Positions 8,231 to 18,100 are shown, counted from the first letter of the stretch. The stretch is DNA of 64,000 bases from Bacilli bacterium (GCA_017450205.1 JAFSVF010000015.1:34106-98105); one strand, 5' to 3'. A program made the numbers and translations. Notes: generated from the letters alone by a model not told the origin.

Positions 8231-10585
8231 CTATAATCCCCAAATATTATATCTCCATTTAGACATACTACTTATATTATATAAACCATATGCTTCTTGA
8301 TCCTCAGCATTTGTTTTCATACATGAAGAACCACTACAACCTCCACTATTAGCATTATTGCACGCTCCTTCAACAGAAGAAACTCTTGATGTATTTGAAT
8401 AATATTGTTTTATATATGGGAAATAATAACATCCACCACTACTAGAAGATCCTTTTTCCCAATAATCACCAATATATGCATAATGTCCAATAGTAAATAC
8501 TTCCAAAGCACTTTCATATTTCTTAACTATACCTAAATTAGATAAACCTACAATTCCAGTTTCTAAAGATGAATACCTAGAACAAGCTTTTAATCCACCT
8601 TTATTTGTACATCCAATTCCCCAATAATTTTTATTAGAAGAATCAGCATTATTAGGTGAAAAACCTTCTACAATTGCTCTTACTACTGTAAACTCAGGAT
8701 TTAAACCACTTGCTTTAGACTTATCATAAATAAGACCAGCTTGATCAGCAAAATAACCAAGTCTCTTAGAATTACATGTATTCTTATTACAATATCCAAC
8801 TAACCCTGATATAAATTCTTCTCTAGTTAAAGAAGTAGTTCTCATAGAGAAATCTCCACCAACAAATCCACTTGGTCTAGGATCAGTTCTTTTTAATATA
8901 GAAAGTGGATCGATAGCATTATCAACACTATTACCATCTTGTCTTATTTCAAAATGCAAAGCAGCAGTATTAGTTCTACCAGTTTTACCAACTTTACCAA
9001 TTAATTGACCTCTTTGAACAGTAGTACCAACAGTAACACTAGAATCAATCGAACTTAATAATCCATAAACTGTATAATTACCATCAGAATGACTCAAAAT
9101 AATCATATTTCCATATCCATCATTACAATCAGTATCACCGACAGTACAACTATCATAAGTTAAAACTACTTCACCTTTTTCAACAGCTATAACATTAGTA
9201 GTTCCTTCTGTACCTGCAATATCTATACCATAATGGAATTCTTTTTCATTAGTAACAGGATTTGTTCTATCACCATAATTACTAATTACATTAGTACTAG
9301 ATGGTGCACCATCAGCATAAGTTACACCATTTCTCTCTTCTGTAGTATCACTACCAATTGGCCAATAATAAGCCTTTCTATCTTGCATAGGATTTCCAGG
9401 AATTAACTCACTTGAAGGAGTATAATCACCATAAGAAATACCTATTCCTAAACTGTCTAATATTTCTAATATATTTTTTATAATTTTTAATCTATCTTCT
9501 TTAATATAATCCATATATTTAAGATATTCTTCATCACCTTTGGCTTCAAGTGAATTATCACATACTTGTGACTTTAAGCAATCAGTATTACTATAACTTA
9601 AAACATCTTGGAAAAAATATTGTAAGTTTGCTTTTCCATCAAAATATGCATTTTCTTTAAGAAAATCAAAATACATTTCATAACTTACTCTAGGATCTTC
9701 ATTATAAACATAACCTACATCTTCGTATTTACCAGTATCTTTCCAAGCCATACACTCATCATAATGTTCATCTTCATCTTCAAATCCTAAAAATAATACA
9801 CTAGTAAATATACCTAAGATTTCATCATGTTTCATTCTACTTACAAAGTATTTCCAAAATCCCATTTCATAATTTTGAATATCAGCACATATTTCAGAAC
9901 CAAATGGAACATCATAAATAGTAGCATCCCCTTCACACCATTTTTCAAACGAACCATCTTTTCTTGTTGTAGATTGAACTTCACCAGTTTTACCATAACA
10001 TGTAGTCGTGTAAGCAACAGCGTTTCTAATAAGAACCTTTAATGTATCTCTTTCTTCAGAATAATAGTCAGCAAAATCCTTAGTATAAGTTGGTTCTACT
10101 GTTTCATCAGAGCCATCAGAATTATCACTATTAAAGCCCCAAAATGGAGATGGCCAATTTTTATAAAAATCACTTGAATTATTGTTATTATTTTGAATAT
10201 ATGGAGAATTACCAGTTGTAGGTGTTGCAAATTGTCCAAAAAATACTGTCCATAAAATTACTTGATCATTGATATCTAAACCTTTATTTTGATATTTAGT
10301 TAATAACTTATAAAGTTTTTTATAGAAACTTTCTAATGTATCACTTAAAGTTTCAACACACTCATCTACTTTATCTTGTCCTTGTTCATTATAAGAATTC
10401 TTACAATATTCAGTCCAATTCTCTAAATTAGCTTCTTTTAACTTTTCAAAATCAAAAGTTGAATAATCTTTTGTAGCAGCATATACAGGTTCAGTATACA
10501 TATTAATTACTATAACTGAAAAAAGTGCTATTACTAAAACCCCTTTTAATAATAGCATTAAACTTTCTTTAGTTACTTTTTTCAT
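8231..10585 (-). CDS. Secreted bifunctional cell-wall hydrolase: M23 peptidase plus glucosaminidase/lysozyme-like C-domain
   Basis: 784 aa. N-terminal signal/TM. M23 motifs HYGIDIAG, GYGNMIILSH, TGRTNTAALHFEIR. C-terminal segment GLNPEFTVVRAIVEGFSP...NYWGIGC. Confidence 0.8.
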   Translation of the reverse strand: MKKVTKESLMLLLKGVLVIALFSVIVINMYTEPVYAATKDYSTFDFEKLKEANLENWTEYCKNSYNEQGQDKVDECVETLSDTLESFYKKLYKLLTKYQNKGLDINDQVILWTVFFGQFATPTTGNSPYIQNNNNNSSDFYKNWPSPFWGFNSDNSDGSDETVEPTYTKDFADYYSEERDTLKVLIRNAVAYTTTCYGKTGEVQSTTRKDGSFEKWCEGDATIYDVPFGSEICADIQNYEMGFWKYFVSRMKHDEILGIFTSVLFLGFEDEDEHYDECMAWKDTGKYEDVGYVYNEDPRVSYEMYFDFLKENAYFDGKANLQYFFQDVLSYSNTDCLKSQVCDNSLEAKGDEEYLKYMDYIKEDRLKIIKNILEILDSLGIGISYGDYTPSSELIPGNPMQDRKAYYWPIGSDTTEERNGVTYADGAPSSTNVISNYGDRTNPVTNEKEFHYGIDIAGTEGTTNVIAVEKGEVVLTYDSCTVGDTDCNDGYGNMIILSHSDGNYTVYGLLSSIDSSVTVGTTVQRGQLIGKVGKTGRTNTAALHFEIRQDGNSVDNAIDPLSILKRTDPRPSGFVGGDFSMRTTSLTREEFISGLVGYCNKNTCNSKRLGYFADQAGLIYDKSKASGLNPEFTVVRAIVEGFSPNNADSSNKNYWGIGCTNKGGLKACSRYSSLETGIVGLSNLGIVKKYESALEVFTIGHYAYIGDYWEKGSSSSGGCYYFPYIKQYYSNTSRVSSVEGACNNANSGGCSGSSCMKTNAEDQEAYGLYNISSMSKWRYNIWGL

Positions 10586-10602
10586 AATATCACCGCCTAA
10601 TC

Positions 10603-12396
10603 TTATAGGCCGCCGCCTCCACCAAATGAATCTAATTCATCTTGTGTTAACACAACGTCTATTATCATTCTTCTCGAACCACATACAAATAATCCTCTAC
10701 CTTGTGGATAAGTTTTAATACTTTCCTTTTCAGCATCATTTAAATCTATTAACTTAGATAAATCTTCAACAGCTTGTTTCTTAAGACCCATAACTAAGTA
10801 GTAAGAAGCATTATCAAAGATTGCCTTACCTTGAGTAATTACTTGAGGGGAAGCAAAGTCTGTAGGTTGTTGAGTAATAATTATTGTACCAGTATTATAC
10901 TTTCTAGCACGTCTTTGCATTTGAGCTAAATACTCAGCACCTAGTTCATTATTACTTGATAATAATACATGAGCTTCATCAACATACATTATTGAATTAA
11001 CTCTTTTATCCAAACTTAATGACCATGCATATTTTAAAATATTAAAGAATAAAGCATTTCTTGTATTTGAATCACCATTCATTAAGTTTTTAATACTGAA
11101 AACTATAAATTTAGAATCAGAAGCTATTGTAGTATGACCATTAAAATAATAACGAGCTTCGTTAATAAATGGTCTAACTCTTAACTCTAATCTTTCCATA
11201 ACATCTCTTTCACGAGTTGCTTCTGGCATAGAAATAAGTTTTCCTTTAACAGTTGTATATACATCATCAAATGTTGGGAAGTTTTCAGTTTTAACTTTTG
11301 TAAAATCAGTATCATAATCTATACCAAATCTTTTATAAGTTTCTTGTAAAACTTCAGAAAACATTTGTAAAACATCATCTTCAATATCTGGAATATAATA
11401 TTTCATAAATGCTCTAACTGATTGAAGCGCAGAAGTAAGAATTGAAGTACCACTCTTAGAATCCATATCTCCTTCTTCAGTATCAGCAACAATTTCAAGT
11501 GGATTAATCATACCATATGATCCACCTTTTCCTAAATCAACAAATGAACCACCAAATGCTTTAGCCATTGATTCAAGTTCACCTTCAGGATCTATACAAA
11601 TAATTTGATAATTATTTCTAATGTGACCTCTTAATAACAACTTAGCAGTTGTTGATTTACCTGAACCAGATGTACCTAAAATTATAATATTAGCATTATT
11701 TCTATTTTGTTCTTTTTTAGTTTGATATAAAAATTGGTTAAATAATACTACACCACCTGAAGAATCCATTCCAAGTAAAGTACCCTTACCAGTATCTTTA
11801 ATAGAATCAAATACGAAAGGATACATTGCAGCCATTGTTGGCGCAGGAATTGGAACACCTATTCTTTCCTCTATATCTTGTTTAGGGAAAATAGGAATCA
11901 TTGATTTTAAAACCTTTTCTTGTTCAAACATTAAAGGAATTGCTCTCATTTGAAGAGAAATTAAATAATTTCTAATTTGTACTTTTCTATTATCTAATTC
12001 TTCTTGAGAATCAGCTACAATCATAATATGTAATTGAAAATCAAATACTTTAGATTGACTAGAAGCTAACATAGAAACGAAATTATCTAATGATTCATAA
12101 TCATTTCTTATTCTCTCTTTAAATGTTAAATCGTTTTCTTTTTGATACTCTTCTTTTAATTCAGCTACCTCTTTATTAATAGCTTTTTGCATTATTGCAA
12201 GTTCAATTGGAATATGTTTAACAACAACTTTAGCTCCAGGAATAGAAGATATATTACTTAAGTATCCTGGTCCTATAACTTGAGGAAACTCTACTACTGT
12301 ATAAATAGTTGCAAATTTATCACCTATGTTAAATTGAGTAGTTTTAAAATTTAATCCTTTAGGTGCTATTTCACTTTTTAATGTACTCTTTGCCAT
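10603..12396 (-). CDS. VirB4-like T4SS ATPase, central and C-terminal part
   Basis: 597 aa. Walker A GTSGSGKSTTAKLLL, DPEGE, Walker B MYVDEAHVLL. Resembles Gram-positive VirB4 (TcpF/PrgJ/Tn916 Orf16 type) lacking its N-domain. Confidence 0.85.
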   Translation of the reverse strand: MAKSTLKSEIAPKGLNFKTTQFNIGDKFATIYTVVEFPQVIGPGYLSNISSIPGAKVVVKHIPIELAIMQKAINKEVAELKEEYQKENDLTFKERIRNDYESLDNFVSMLASSQSKVFDFQLHIMIVADSQEELDNRKVQIRNYLISLQMRAIPLMFEQEKVLKSMIPIFPKQDIEERIGVPIPAPTMAAMYPFVFDSIKDTGKGTLLGMDSSGGVVLFNQFLYQTKKEQNRNNANIIILGTSGSGKSTTAKLLLRGHIRNNYQIICIDPEGELESMAKAFGGSFVDLGKGGSYGMINPLEIVADTEEGDMDSKSGTSILTSALQSVRAFMKYYIPDIEDDVLQMFSEVLQETYKRFGIDYDTDFTKVKTENFPTFDDVYTTVKGKLISMPEATRERDVMERLELRVRPFINEARYYFNGHTTIASDSKFIVFSIKNLMNGDSNTRNALFFNILKYAWSLSLDKRVNSIMYVDEAHVLLSSNNELGAEYLAQMQRRARKYNTGTIIITQQPTDFASPQVITQGKAIFDNASYYLVMGLKKQAVEDLSKLIDLNDAEKESIKTYPQGRGLFVCGSRRMIIDVVLTQDELDSFGGGGGL

Positions 12397-13037
12397 TAAC
12401 TCATCACCGTTCCAAACTCTGTTTTTATGCCATCATTGAAGAAACTATCAAGAATAACTCTTGCATCATCATCTGTAATTTGACGACTATTTAATTGAGC
12501 TTGTGCAAGCCCAGAAATCATATTTGCAACTCTTTTTTGTAATTGTTCAATATTTTTTGTAGGTCCTTTAATTAATATGAAGAATTCAGTATCAACAGAA
12601 TTATATGTAGGACCACTAAATTGTTCACATTTTCTTATATCTTGTTGTATTAACTTTCTAATTTGAGTATCGTTTGCTTCATTATACATGATTTCAAGTT
12701 CTGATTTAAATAAATTAATATCTACAGGTCTATCACAACAAATTAACCAAAACTCATCATGTAAAGTATTATAAAAATCCATTAAAGCATTGATTACATA
12801 AGCTTGATTTTGAGTATCAGTAATAAAAATATTTTTAGGTTCAATACGAACACCAGTTATATATTGTTCGCCACCCATTAAACCTTCACCTTTTACTTTA
12901 ATATACCCATTCTTAATATCAATTATAGGTAACCAATCTTCCGTATATTTAGCACTATTGTTCTTTGTCTTCGCCACGTAGCATACACCAACCTCTCCAT
13001 CTATATTTTCTTTGACTAGTAAAATATGTATAAACAT
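12396..13037 (-). CDS. VirB4 N-terminal domain encoded as a separate ORF
   Basis: TEDWLPIIDIKNGYIKVKG...YITGVRIEPKNIF resembles the N-domain of Gram-positive VirB4. Its TAA stop overlaps the ATG of 10603-12396 (TAATG). The start is uncertain: ATG 13037 has no SD and overlaps the upstream ORF by 83 nt, and GTG 12977 is possible. Confidence 0.55.
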   Translation of the reverse strand: MFIHILLVKENIDGEVGVCYVAKTKNNSAKYTEDWLPIIDIKNGYIKVKGEGLMGGEQYITGVRIEPKNIFITDTQNQAYVINALMDFYNTLHDEFWLICCDRPVDINLFKSELEIMYNEANDTQIRKLIQQDIRKCEQFSGPTYNSVDTEFFILIKGPTKNIEQLQKRVANMISGLAQAQLNSRQITDDDARVILDSFFNDGIKTEFGTVMS

Positions 13038-13275
13038 TTACTGTAAAAGTCCAAAAATTTCTATGATTTGGAACAGGAGACAACATTACTACAGAAATTA
13101 GTAGTGGTGCCAATCCAACCAAAACTTGAGCAGGAGTATCAGTCCCAAGAGCTGCAATCAAAATTGCAGTAAGTGATCCACCTATAACAAATATAATAAT
13201 ATCAACTGGTTTAAATAAACCAAATATCAACATAGATCTTTTTGTATTTGCCGGAATTAAATATCTATTATTCAT
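12955..13275 (-). CDS. PrgI/TcpE/VirB3-like small two-TM T4SS protein
   Basis: 106 aa. SD AGGAGA. Two TM helices followed by a basic tail (YFTSQRKYRW). Size, topology and position before VirB4 fit this role. Confidence 0.5.
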   Translation of the reverse strand: MNNRYLIPANTKRSMLIFGLFKPVDIIIFVIGGSLTAILIAALGTDTPAQVLVGLAPLLISVVMLSPVPNHRNFWTFTVNVYTYFTSQRKYRWRGWCMLRGEDKEQ

Positions 13276-13305
13276 AATTCCATCTCCTTTTTATTCTAAT
13301 ATACA

Positions 13306-15879
13306 TTACTTATCCTTTGGACCACTGCCAAGGTTATTAACACTTCTATTAGCAAAGTAACTAACTTTAGTACCTTCAAGACCACCTTTAATATTACTAA
13401 TGCTTTCTCCTACAGTCTTTTCAGCTTTTGAAAGACTATGAACGTATTTTGCAACTCCAAGTCTAAGTTTCTTTTGATCATCTTCACTTAGTGTCGCTAG
13501 TTTTGCATTATAAACATCACCAAATTTTCTATCTCCCATCAATTCTAAAATTTTATTATAATCATCACTCGCAGGATCAACACCATTATTTAAATCTTTC
13601 AATAAATCTCGAACCTCAGTAAATTCCCTTGATTCAAATGCAGTCTTTGAAGCACTTTTAATAGTTTCCTCTAATTGAGGATATGATCTAATAGTATCTG
13701 CGTATTGTGCATTTAAATTTCTATTAGAATTTGCTATATTCATAATATCTTCAACACCAGTTGTCTCAAATGATTTAGCTATAGCATTAATTTCTGCTTT
13801 ATTAACATAATCTTTACTAATTTTTTTAACATGTTCTTCAAGCTTTCTTTCAGCTTCTGCTCTATTAGTTACATGATCAATACCAATTTCTTGAGAAATA
13901 TCTCTACCTTTCCAAGAAGCACTATAACCAATTAAATTATTATGATCATCAAATACTTCTTTTAAGGAAGCAGCAGCATTTCTATCCCATACCGCAACAT
14001 CAGCTTTGGCAGCCTTACTTGCAGAATCACTTCTTTGTAAAATACCATTTGATGTAGTTTGATAACTAGTACCAGCAGCATAAAGAATAGAATCTTCAAC
14101 TCCAACAAGACTACCTTGCATAGCAGATGTAAATTCTCCTAATCTACCTTCTGTTAAATTGTTAAAGAATGCTCTCTTATCCTCTCTCCATTCATTAGCT
14201 CGAGTATCTCTAGTCATTTTATCATTAATTGCTCGTTCATTCGATTGTCTCATAGCTTGTGTTAACGAACCTTTACCAAGTCCTTTTTCAAAACCAGTTT
14301 TTGTACCAATTTGTAAACCTCTAGCACCTGCTAAGAAACTATCTAATCTTCCGCCACCTTTATTTTTAACAGCATTCATAGCAGACTTAGCACCAAGTAA
14401 ACCACCAGCAACCGCTCCAATTGGTTTAGTAACAGTACCAATTGCTTTTTTCTCAGCATCAACTGCATCTTTAACTTTAGTAAATGATCTCGTAGGATTT
14501 AAATCGATACCACTTAATAATCCACCAGCATTTTTTGCTAAATCCTTTAACATATCTGGAATTTCTTTTCCAGCTCTTAAAAGACCAATAACTAACGCAA
14601 AATAAGTAACTGCCTTTAACATAAAGTTATGAGATTCATCTTCAGCACTAACATTTTCAAAAATACCAAATAGTGCATCAAAAATTGAAGGCAATAGCTT
14701 AATCATTAAAGCAATAAATGCAATAACAAAAACTCTCACAAAAATATCAATGTATGTTTTTATATACTTTTCTCTCCAAGAAGTATATAATTTTTCATTT
14801 TTAGGAATAGTTCCTAATAGAATTGGAACAGGAGCAATCATTTGTAAAAATGCAAGTTTGAATGCCCTTACAGCAACATCTAAAGTATAAGCAACAATAA
14901 AGAATAAAATAACAATACCACCCAAAGGTGCAAAGAAATAATATTCCATATTATTTTCTTGATAAATCTCATCAATTAAAGTTAAATGAGAAGCAAGTTG
15001 ATGTGCTTTATTTCTATAACCTACTTTACTCTCGGAATAATTTGTTATAGAAGAAACCTCATTAGGTTTAACATCTTGTACTTTACCTTCAGGCAATCCT
15101 CCTTGATACAAATACCAATAATAATATTCACAAGTAGTTACACTATTATTCGCATCATGCATCCACTCAATTATGCCACCAATAACAGCACCTAAACCAG
15201 GATTTCCAAGCGCCATTCCAATAGCAAGTCCAACTCCCGCTCCAGTCAAAGTCCTTGCAATGGAATCTTGTGAAATATTTCCTCCCACATAATTCGCACA
15301 AGCATCAGATGATGACTTAAGTGAACCATCTGTATTATAAAAATCAGTAAATTCTGTTCCTATTGGGTGGAATACAGAAATATAAAGCATTGACGCCATT
15401 GTATTTCCACCTTCAATAACACTATCAGATTGACTAGCATTCTCACCCAGAACTATATTCCAAATTAAATTATCACTAACTAAAACATGATATTGAATTA
15501 AAGATAAATAATGGAAAACTAAAGGTGCAATAATAGTCAAAATTATACCTTTAACAACATTTGTAACAAGTTTTCTCGATTCTTTTACACCCTTATCCGG
15601 ATCTATAACAAAAAGAATTATTTGATAAGCAAGAATAAACATTATTATTATACCAATAACACTATAAATTCTCTTAGAAAAAGCTTGATAAACTTCCATA
15701 GCACCTTCAGTGCCACTTGTATATCCACCAAAAAGATCAAGTGTACCTAAAATTAAAAAAACTTTATATGCAAATCCGATAAGAGAATAAACTACATTAT
15801 CTATAACAAAAATAAAAAATCTATAAATTGAATCCCAAAAGAAATTTTGTATCCAATCTGTAATTGCTAGAAGAATCAT
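13306..15879 (-). CDS. VirB6/TcpH-like polytopic T4SS channel protein
   Basis: 857 aa. About 8 hydrophobic helices in the first ~450 aa, then a ~400-aa hydrophilic Gly/Ala/Lys-rich domain. First gene of the block. Called from topology and position, not from a motif. Confidence 0.55.
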   Translation of the reverse strand: MILLAITDWIQNFFWDSIYRFFIFVIDNVVYSLIGFAYKVFLILGTLDLFGGYTSGTEGAMEVYQAFSKRIYSVIGIIIMFILAYQIILFVIDPDKGVKESRKLVTNVVKGIILTIIAPLVFHYLSLIQYHVLVSDNLIWNIVLGENASQSDSVIEGGNTMASMLYISVFHPIGTEFTDFYNTDGSLKSSSDACANYVGGNISQDSIARTLTGAGVGLAIGMALGNPGLGAVIGGIIEWMHDANNSVTTCEYYYWYLYQGGLPEGKVQDVKPNEVSSITNYSESKVGYRNKAHQLASHLTLIDEIYQENNMEYYFFAPLGGIVILFFIVAYTLDVAVRAFKLAFLQMIAPVPILLGTIPKNEKLYTSWREKYIKTYIDIFVRVFVIAFIALMIKLLPSIFDALFGIFENVSAEDESHNFMLKAVTYFALVIGLLRAGKEIPDMLKDLAKNAGGLLSGIDLNPTRSFTKVKDAVDAEKKAIGTVTKPIGAVAGGLLGAKSAMNAVKNKGGGRLDSFLAGARGLQIGTKTGFEKGLGKGSLTQAMRQSNERAINDKMTRDTRANEWREDKRAFFNNLTEGRLGEFTSAMQGSLVGVEDSILYAAGTSYQTTSNGILQRSDSASKAAKADVAVWDRNAAASLKEVFDDHNNLIGYSASWKGRDISQEIGIDHVTNRAEAERKLEEHVKKISKDYVNKAEINAIAKSFETTGVEDIMNIANSNRNLNAQYADTIRSYPQLEETIKSASKTAFESREFTEVRDLLKDLNNGVDPASDDYNKILELMGDRKFGDVYNAKLATLSEDDQKKLRLGVAKYVHSLSKAEKTVGESISNIKGGLEGTKVSYFANRSVNNLGSGPKDK

Positions 15880-15915
15880 ATTTTACCCTCTTTCTGTAAA
15901 ATTTCTCTCTCTTTA

Positions 15916-15944
15916 ATTATAATTTATACAAAAAAAATAATCAA
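15916..15944 (-). promoter_or_regulatory. Candidate sigma-A promoter of the T4SS channel operon
   Basis: Minus strand: TTGATT (15944-15939), 17 nt, TATAAT (15921-15916). It lies ~37 nt upstream of the ATG at 15879, which has SD AGAGGG. Confidence 0.35.
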
Positions 15945-15957
15945 TTAAATAAACTGA

Positions 15958-16761
15958 TTATTTCATTAATTTAAGAACTTTTTTGTAGATTTCTTCACTT
16001 ATTTCATTAGGTGTTTTAATATTTTCTCTAGAAACTTCATTTAATTTATTTTCAACACATTCAATTGTATCAAAATTATATTTTTTTACTAATTCTAAAT
16101 ATGCTTTTTCACAATTTTCTAAATAAGCTACATCTTTTTCATTTTCATCTAATCTTTCTTCTCTTTTTGCTTTCAAAAGATTTATGTATGGAGTTGGCAT
16201 ATGTAAAAATAATTTAATTTCACTATCTGGTAATTCTAACTTTTTAACTTCTAAATCATATAACCATTCATACATTTCTTTTCTTTCATTTTCACTATTT
16301 AATTTACCACCTTGATGTGCCATATTAGAATAAAAATATCTATCTAAAACTAAGTTAGTTCCTTGATTTAACTTTTTATTAATATAATCTAAATTATAAA
16401 GTCTATCAGCAGCATAATATAAAGACGCTACTTTAGCACTTACATTAGGTGCACTTTCAGGAAACCATCCCTTGCTCAAGTTTTCACCTAGTTCATATAA
16501 AACTTTATCAATTACATTTGGATCAATATCACTTAATTTATTTTTTAAACTTTCACTTTCATTTTCAACAAGTTCATGTGCTAAATAAGATTTACCTAAA
16601 AAAGATAATCCAACAATCTTGCCACTTGGAGAACTATAATTCGGAAAAGAAAAATATTCGCATTTTATATTATTTTTATTTAACTTTTCAATAAGTAATT
16701 TGCTTTGTGTTTCTTTACCTGAACAATCAGTTCCTTCGATAACTATAAGTTTCCCTTTCAT
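15958..16761 (-). CDS. tmk: Thymidylate kinase with an internal insertion
   Basis: 267 aa. P-loop EGTDCSGKETQ and DRYFYSNMAHQG motif, separated by ~45-50 more residues than in canonical ~210-aa Tmk. Confidence 0.75.
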   Translation of the reverse strand: MKGKLIVIEGTDCSGKETQSKLLIEKLNKNNIKCEYFSFPNYSSPSGKIVGLSFLGKSYLAHELVENESESLKNKLSDIDPNVIDKVLYELGENLSKGWFPESAPNVSAKVASLYYAADRLYNLDYINKKLNQGTNLVLDRYFYSNMAHQGGKLNSENERKEMYEWLYDLEVKKLELPDSEIKLFLHMPTPYINLLKAKREERLDENEKDVAYLENCEKAYLELVKKYNFDTIECVENKLNEVSRENIKTPNEISEEIYKKVLKLMK

Positions 16762-17339
16762 TATTTAACCCTCTTTCTAATTTTTATACCCTTTTTAGCT
16801 AAGCATTTTCTACATAAAGATGTATAATTACCATCACCAACTAAAACATCACTATCTTTAACACCTTCATAATATGTATAAATAGATGGTTTATTACATT
16901 CAACACAAAAGCCTTTAATTACTTCAACATTTTCTGATACAGCCATAATATTAGGCATTAGTCCAAATGGTTTTTGTTCACTAGTCATATTTAAACCACC
17001 AATATAAAAATCAATATCATAATTAACACTTAAATCTGTTAAAACATCAACACTACCCTTTAAAAATTGTGCTTCATCAATAAAAATAGTACTTACATGC
17101 TTACCATTTTTTTCTCTATCTTCAATATAATCATAAATTTCTTCTAAGTATTCAATATAATAAGCAGGAATAGTTAAATCACTATTTTTTGATTTAATAT
17201 AATTTTCATCTCTAGTATCATTTTTAGGTTTAAAAGCCATAACAATATCTTTATTCCAAATCTTACTATATATATTTATTAACGAGTCACTTTTGCCCGA
17301 AAACATAGGACCCACATATGTATTTATCATCATAACCAC
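16761..17339 (-). CDS. tdk: Thymidine kinase
   Basis: 192 aa. P-loop GPMFSGKS, FIDEAQF, C-terminal zinc ribbon CVEC...CRKC. 1-nt overlap with tmk. Confidence 0.9.
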   Translation of the reverse strand: MVMMINTYVGPMFSGKSDSLINIYSKIWNKDIVMAFKPKNDTRDENYIKSKNSDLTIPAYYIEYLEEIYDYIEDREKNGKHVSTIFIDEAQFLKGSVDVLTDLSVNYDIDFYIGGLNMTSEQKPFGLMPNIMAVSENVEVIKGFCVECNKPSIYTYYEGVKDSDVLVGDGNYTSLCRKCLAKKGIKIRKRVK

Positions 17340-17405
17340 CCTAATAGTAATTATATCAAATAATTCTTCTTTTAAAAGAAAAAAGATGCTTTAGAGCATC
17401 TATTT

Positions 17406-18014
17406 TTATCCAATTATAATCTTTGTTGTTTTGTCAAATAATTTTACTTCAACTTGGTTTCCAACAGCATATACATCAATTGTTTCAAGTCCTTCAAATT
17501 TTTGAGGTGCAGCACTTACATCAGTTAAATCAATTGAGAATAATACTCCAGCTTCACTTAATGCAAATAAATAGAATTTATCACTACTTTCAACAGCAAA
17601 AACATCAACAAATACACCACCAGTAAATTTAAATCCTTTAAAGTTAGATCCTGGAATTTCTTCAATATTCTTAGTATCATCAGTTGAAACAAAATATAAT
17701 GAATCATCTTCTCCTAAAACTACCGAAACATAATTAATAATTTGTCCACTCTTAGCTTGACTTTTCAATGGAATAGTTTTAGATCCAACATCCTTTTTTG
17801 TTTTTTGTAAATATTCTTGATAACTTCCTTCTTTAGTAGTAACAAGACCAGGATTATTATCAAGTGGTTGAACATCTGGAGTTCTACTTTGAATCCAAAA
17901 AACAATCCCACCAGCAATAACCGCAAGTACAATAATAACTATTAGAATTACAATTATTGAATCAACTTGTTCATTTTTAGACTTCTTACTTACTTTCTTT
18001 TTAGTTTCTGCCAT
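17406..18014 (-). CDS. N-anchored protein of unknown function
   Basis: 202 aa. Basic N-terminus, one TM helix, beta-rich extracytoplasmic domain. No motif recognised. Confidence 0.4.
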   Translation of the reverse strand: MAETKKKVSKKSKNEQVDSIIVILIVIIVLAVIAGGIVFWIQSRTPDVQPLDNNPGLVTTKEGSYQEYLQKTKKDVGSKTIPLKSQAKSGQIINYVSVVLGEDDSLYFVSTDDTKNIEEIPGSNFKGFKFTGGVFVDVFAVESSDKFYLFALSEAGVLFSIDLTDVSAAPQKFEGLETIDVYAVGNQVEVKLFDKTTKIIIG

Positions 18015-18100
18015 ATAAACAACCTCCTACTTAACAAAAGTATAACACTTAAAAATATAAAAAAAAACACTTATAAAAGCGTTTTTTAATTAAATTATAA

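Noticed and set aside
12955-13037. 83-nt overlap between the PrgI/VirB3-like ORF and the VirB4 N-domain ORF as a programmed frameshift giving a VirB3-VirB4 fusion
   Set aside because: The PrgI-like ORF ends with a normal basic tail for its family. An in-frame GTG at 12977 could start the next ORF, and I see no slippery heptamer. I keep it only as a caveat on the start coordinate.
14159-15195. Plus-strand ORFs of 148 and 69 aa inside the VirB6-like gene
   Set aside because: They are antisense to a long uninterrupted minus-strand ORF and have no start context or motif. Open antisense frames like these are typical of AT-rich genomes.
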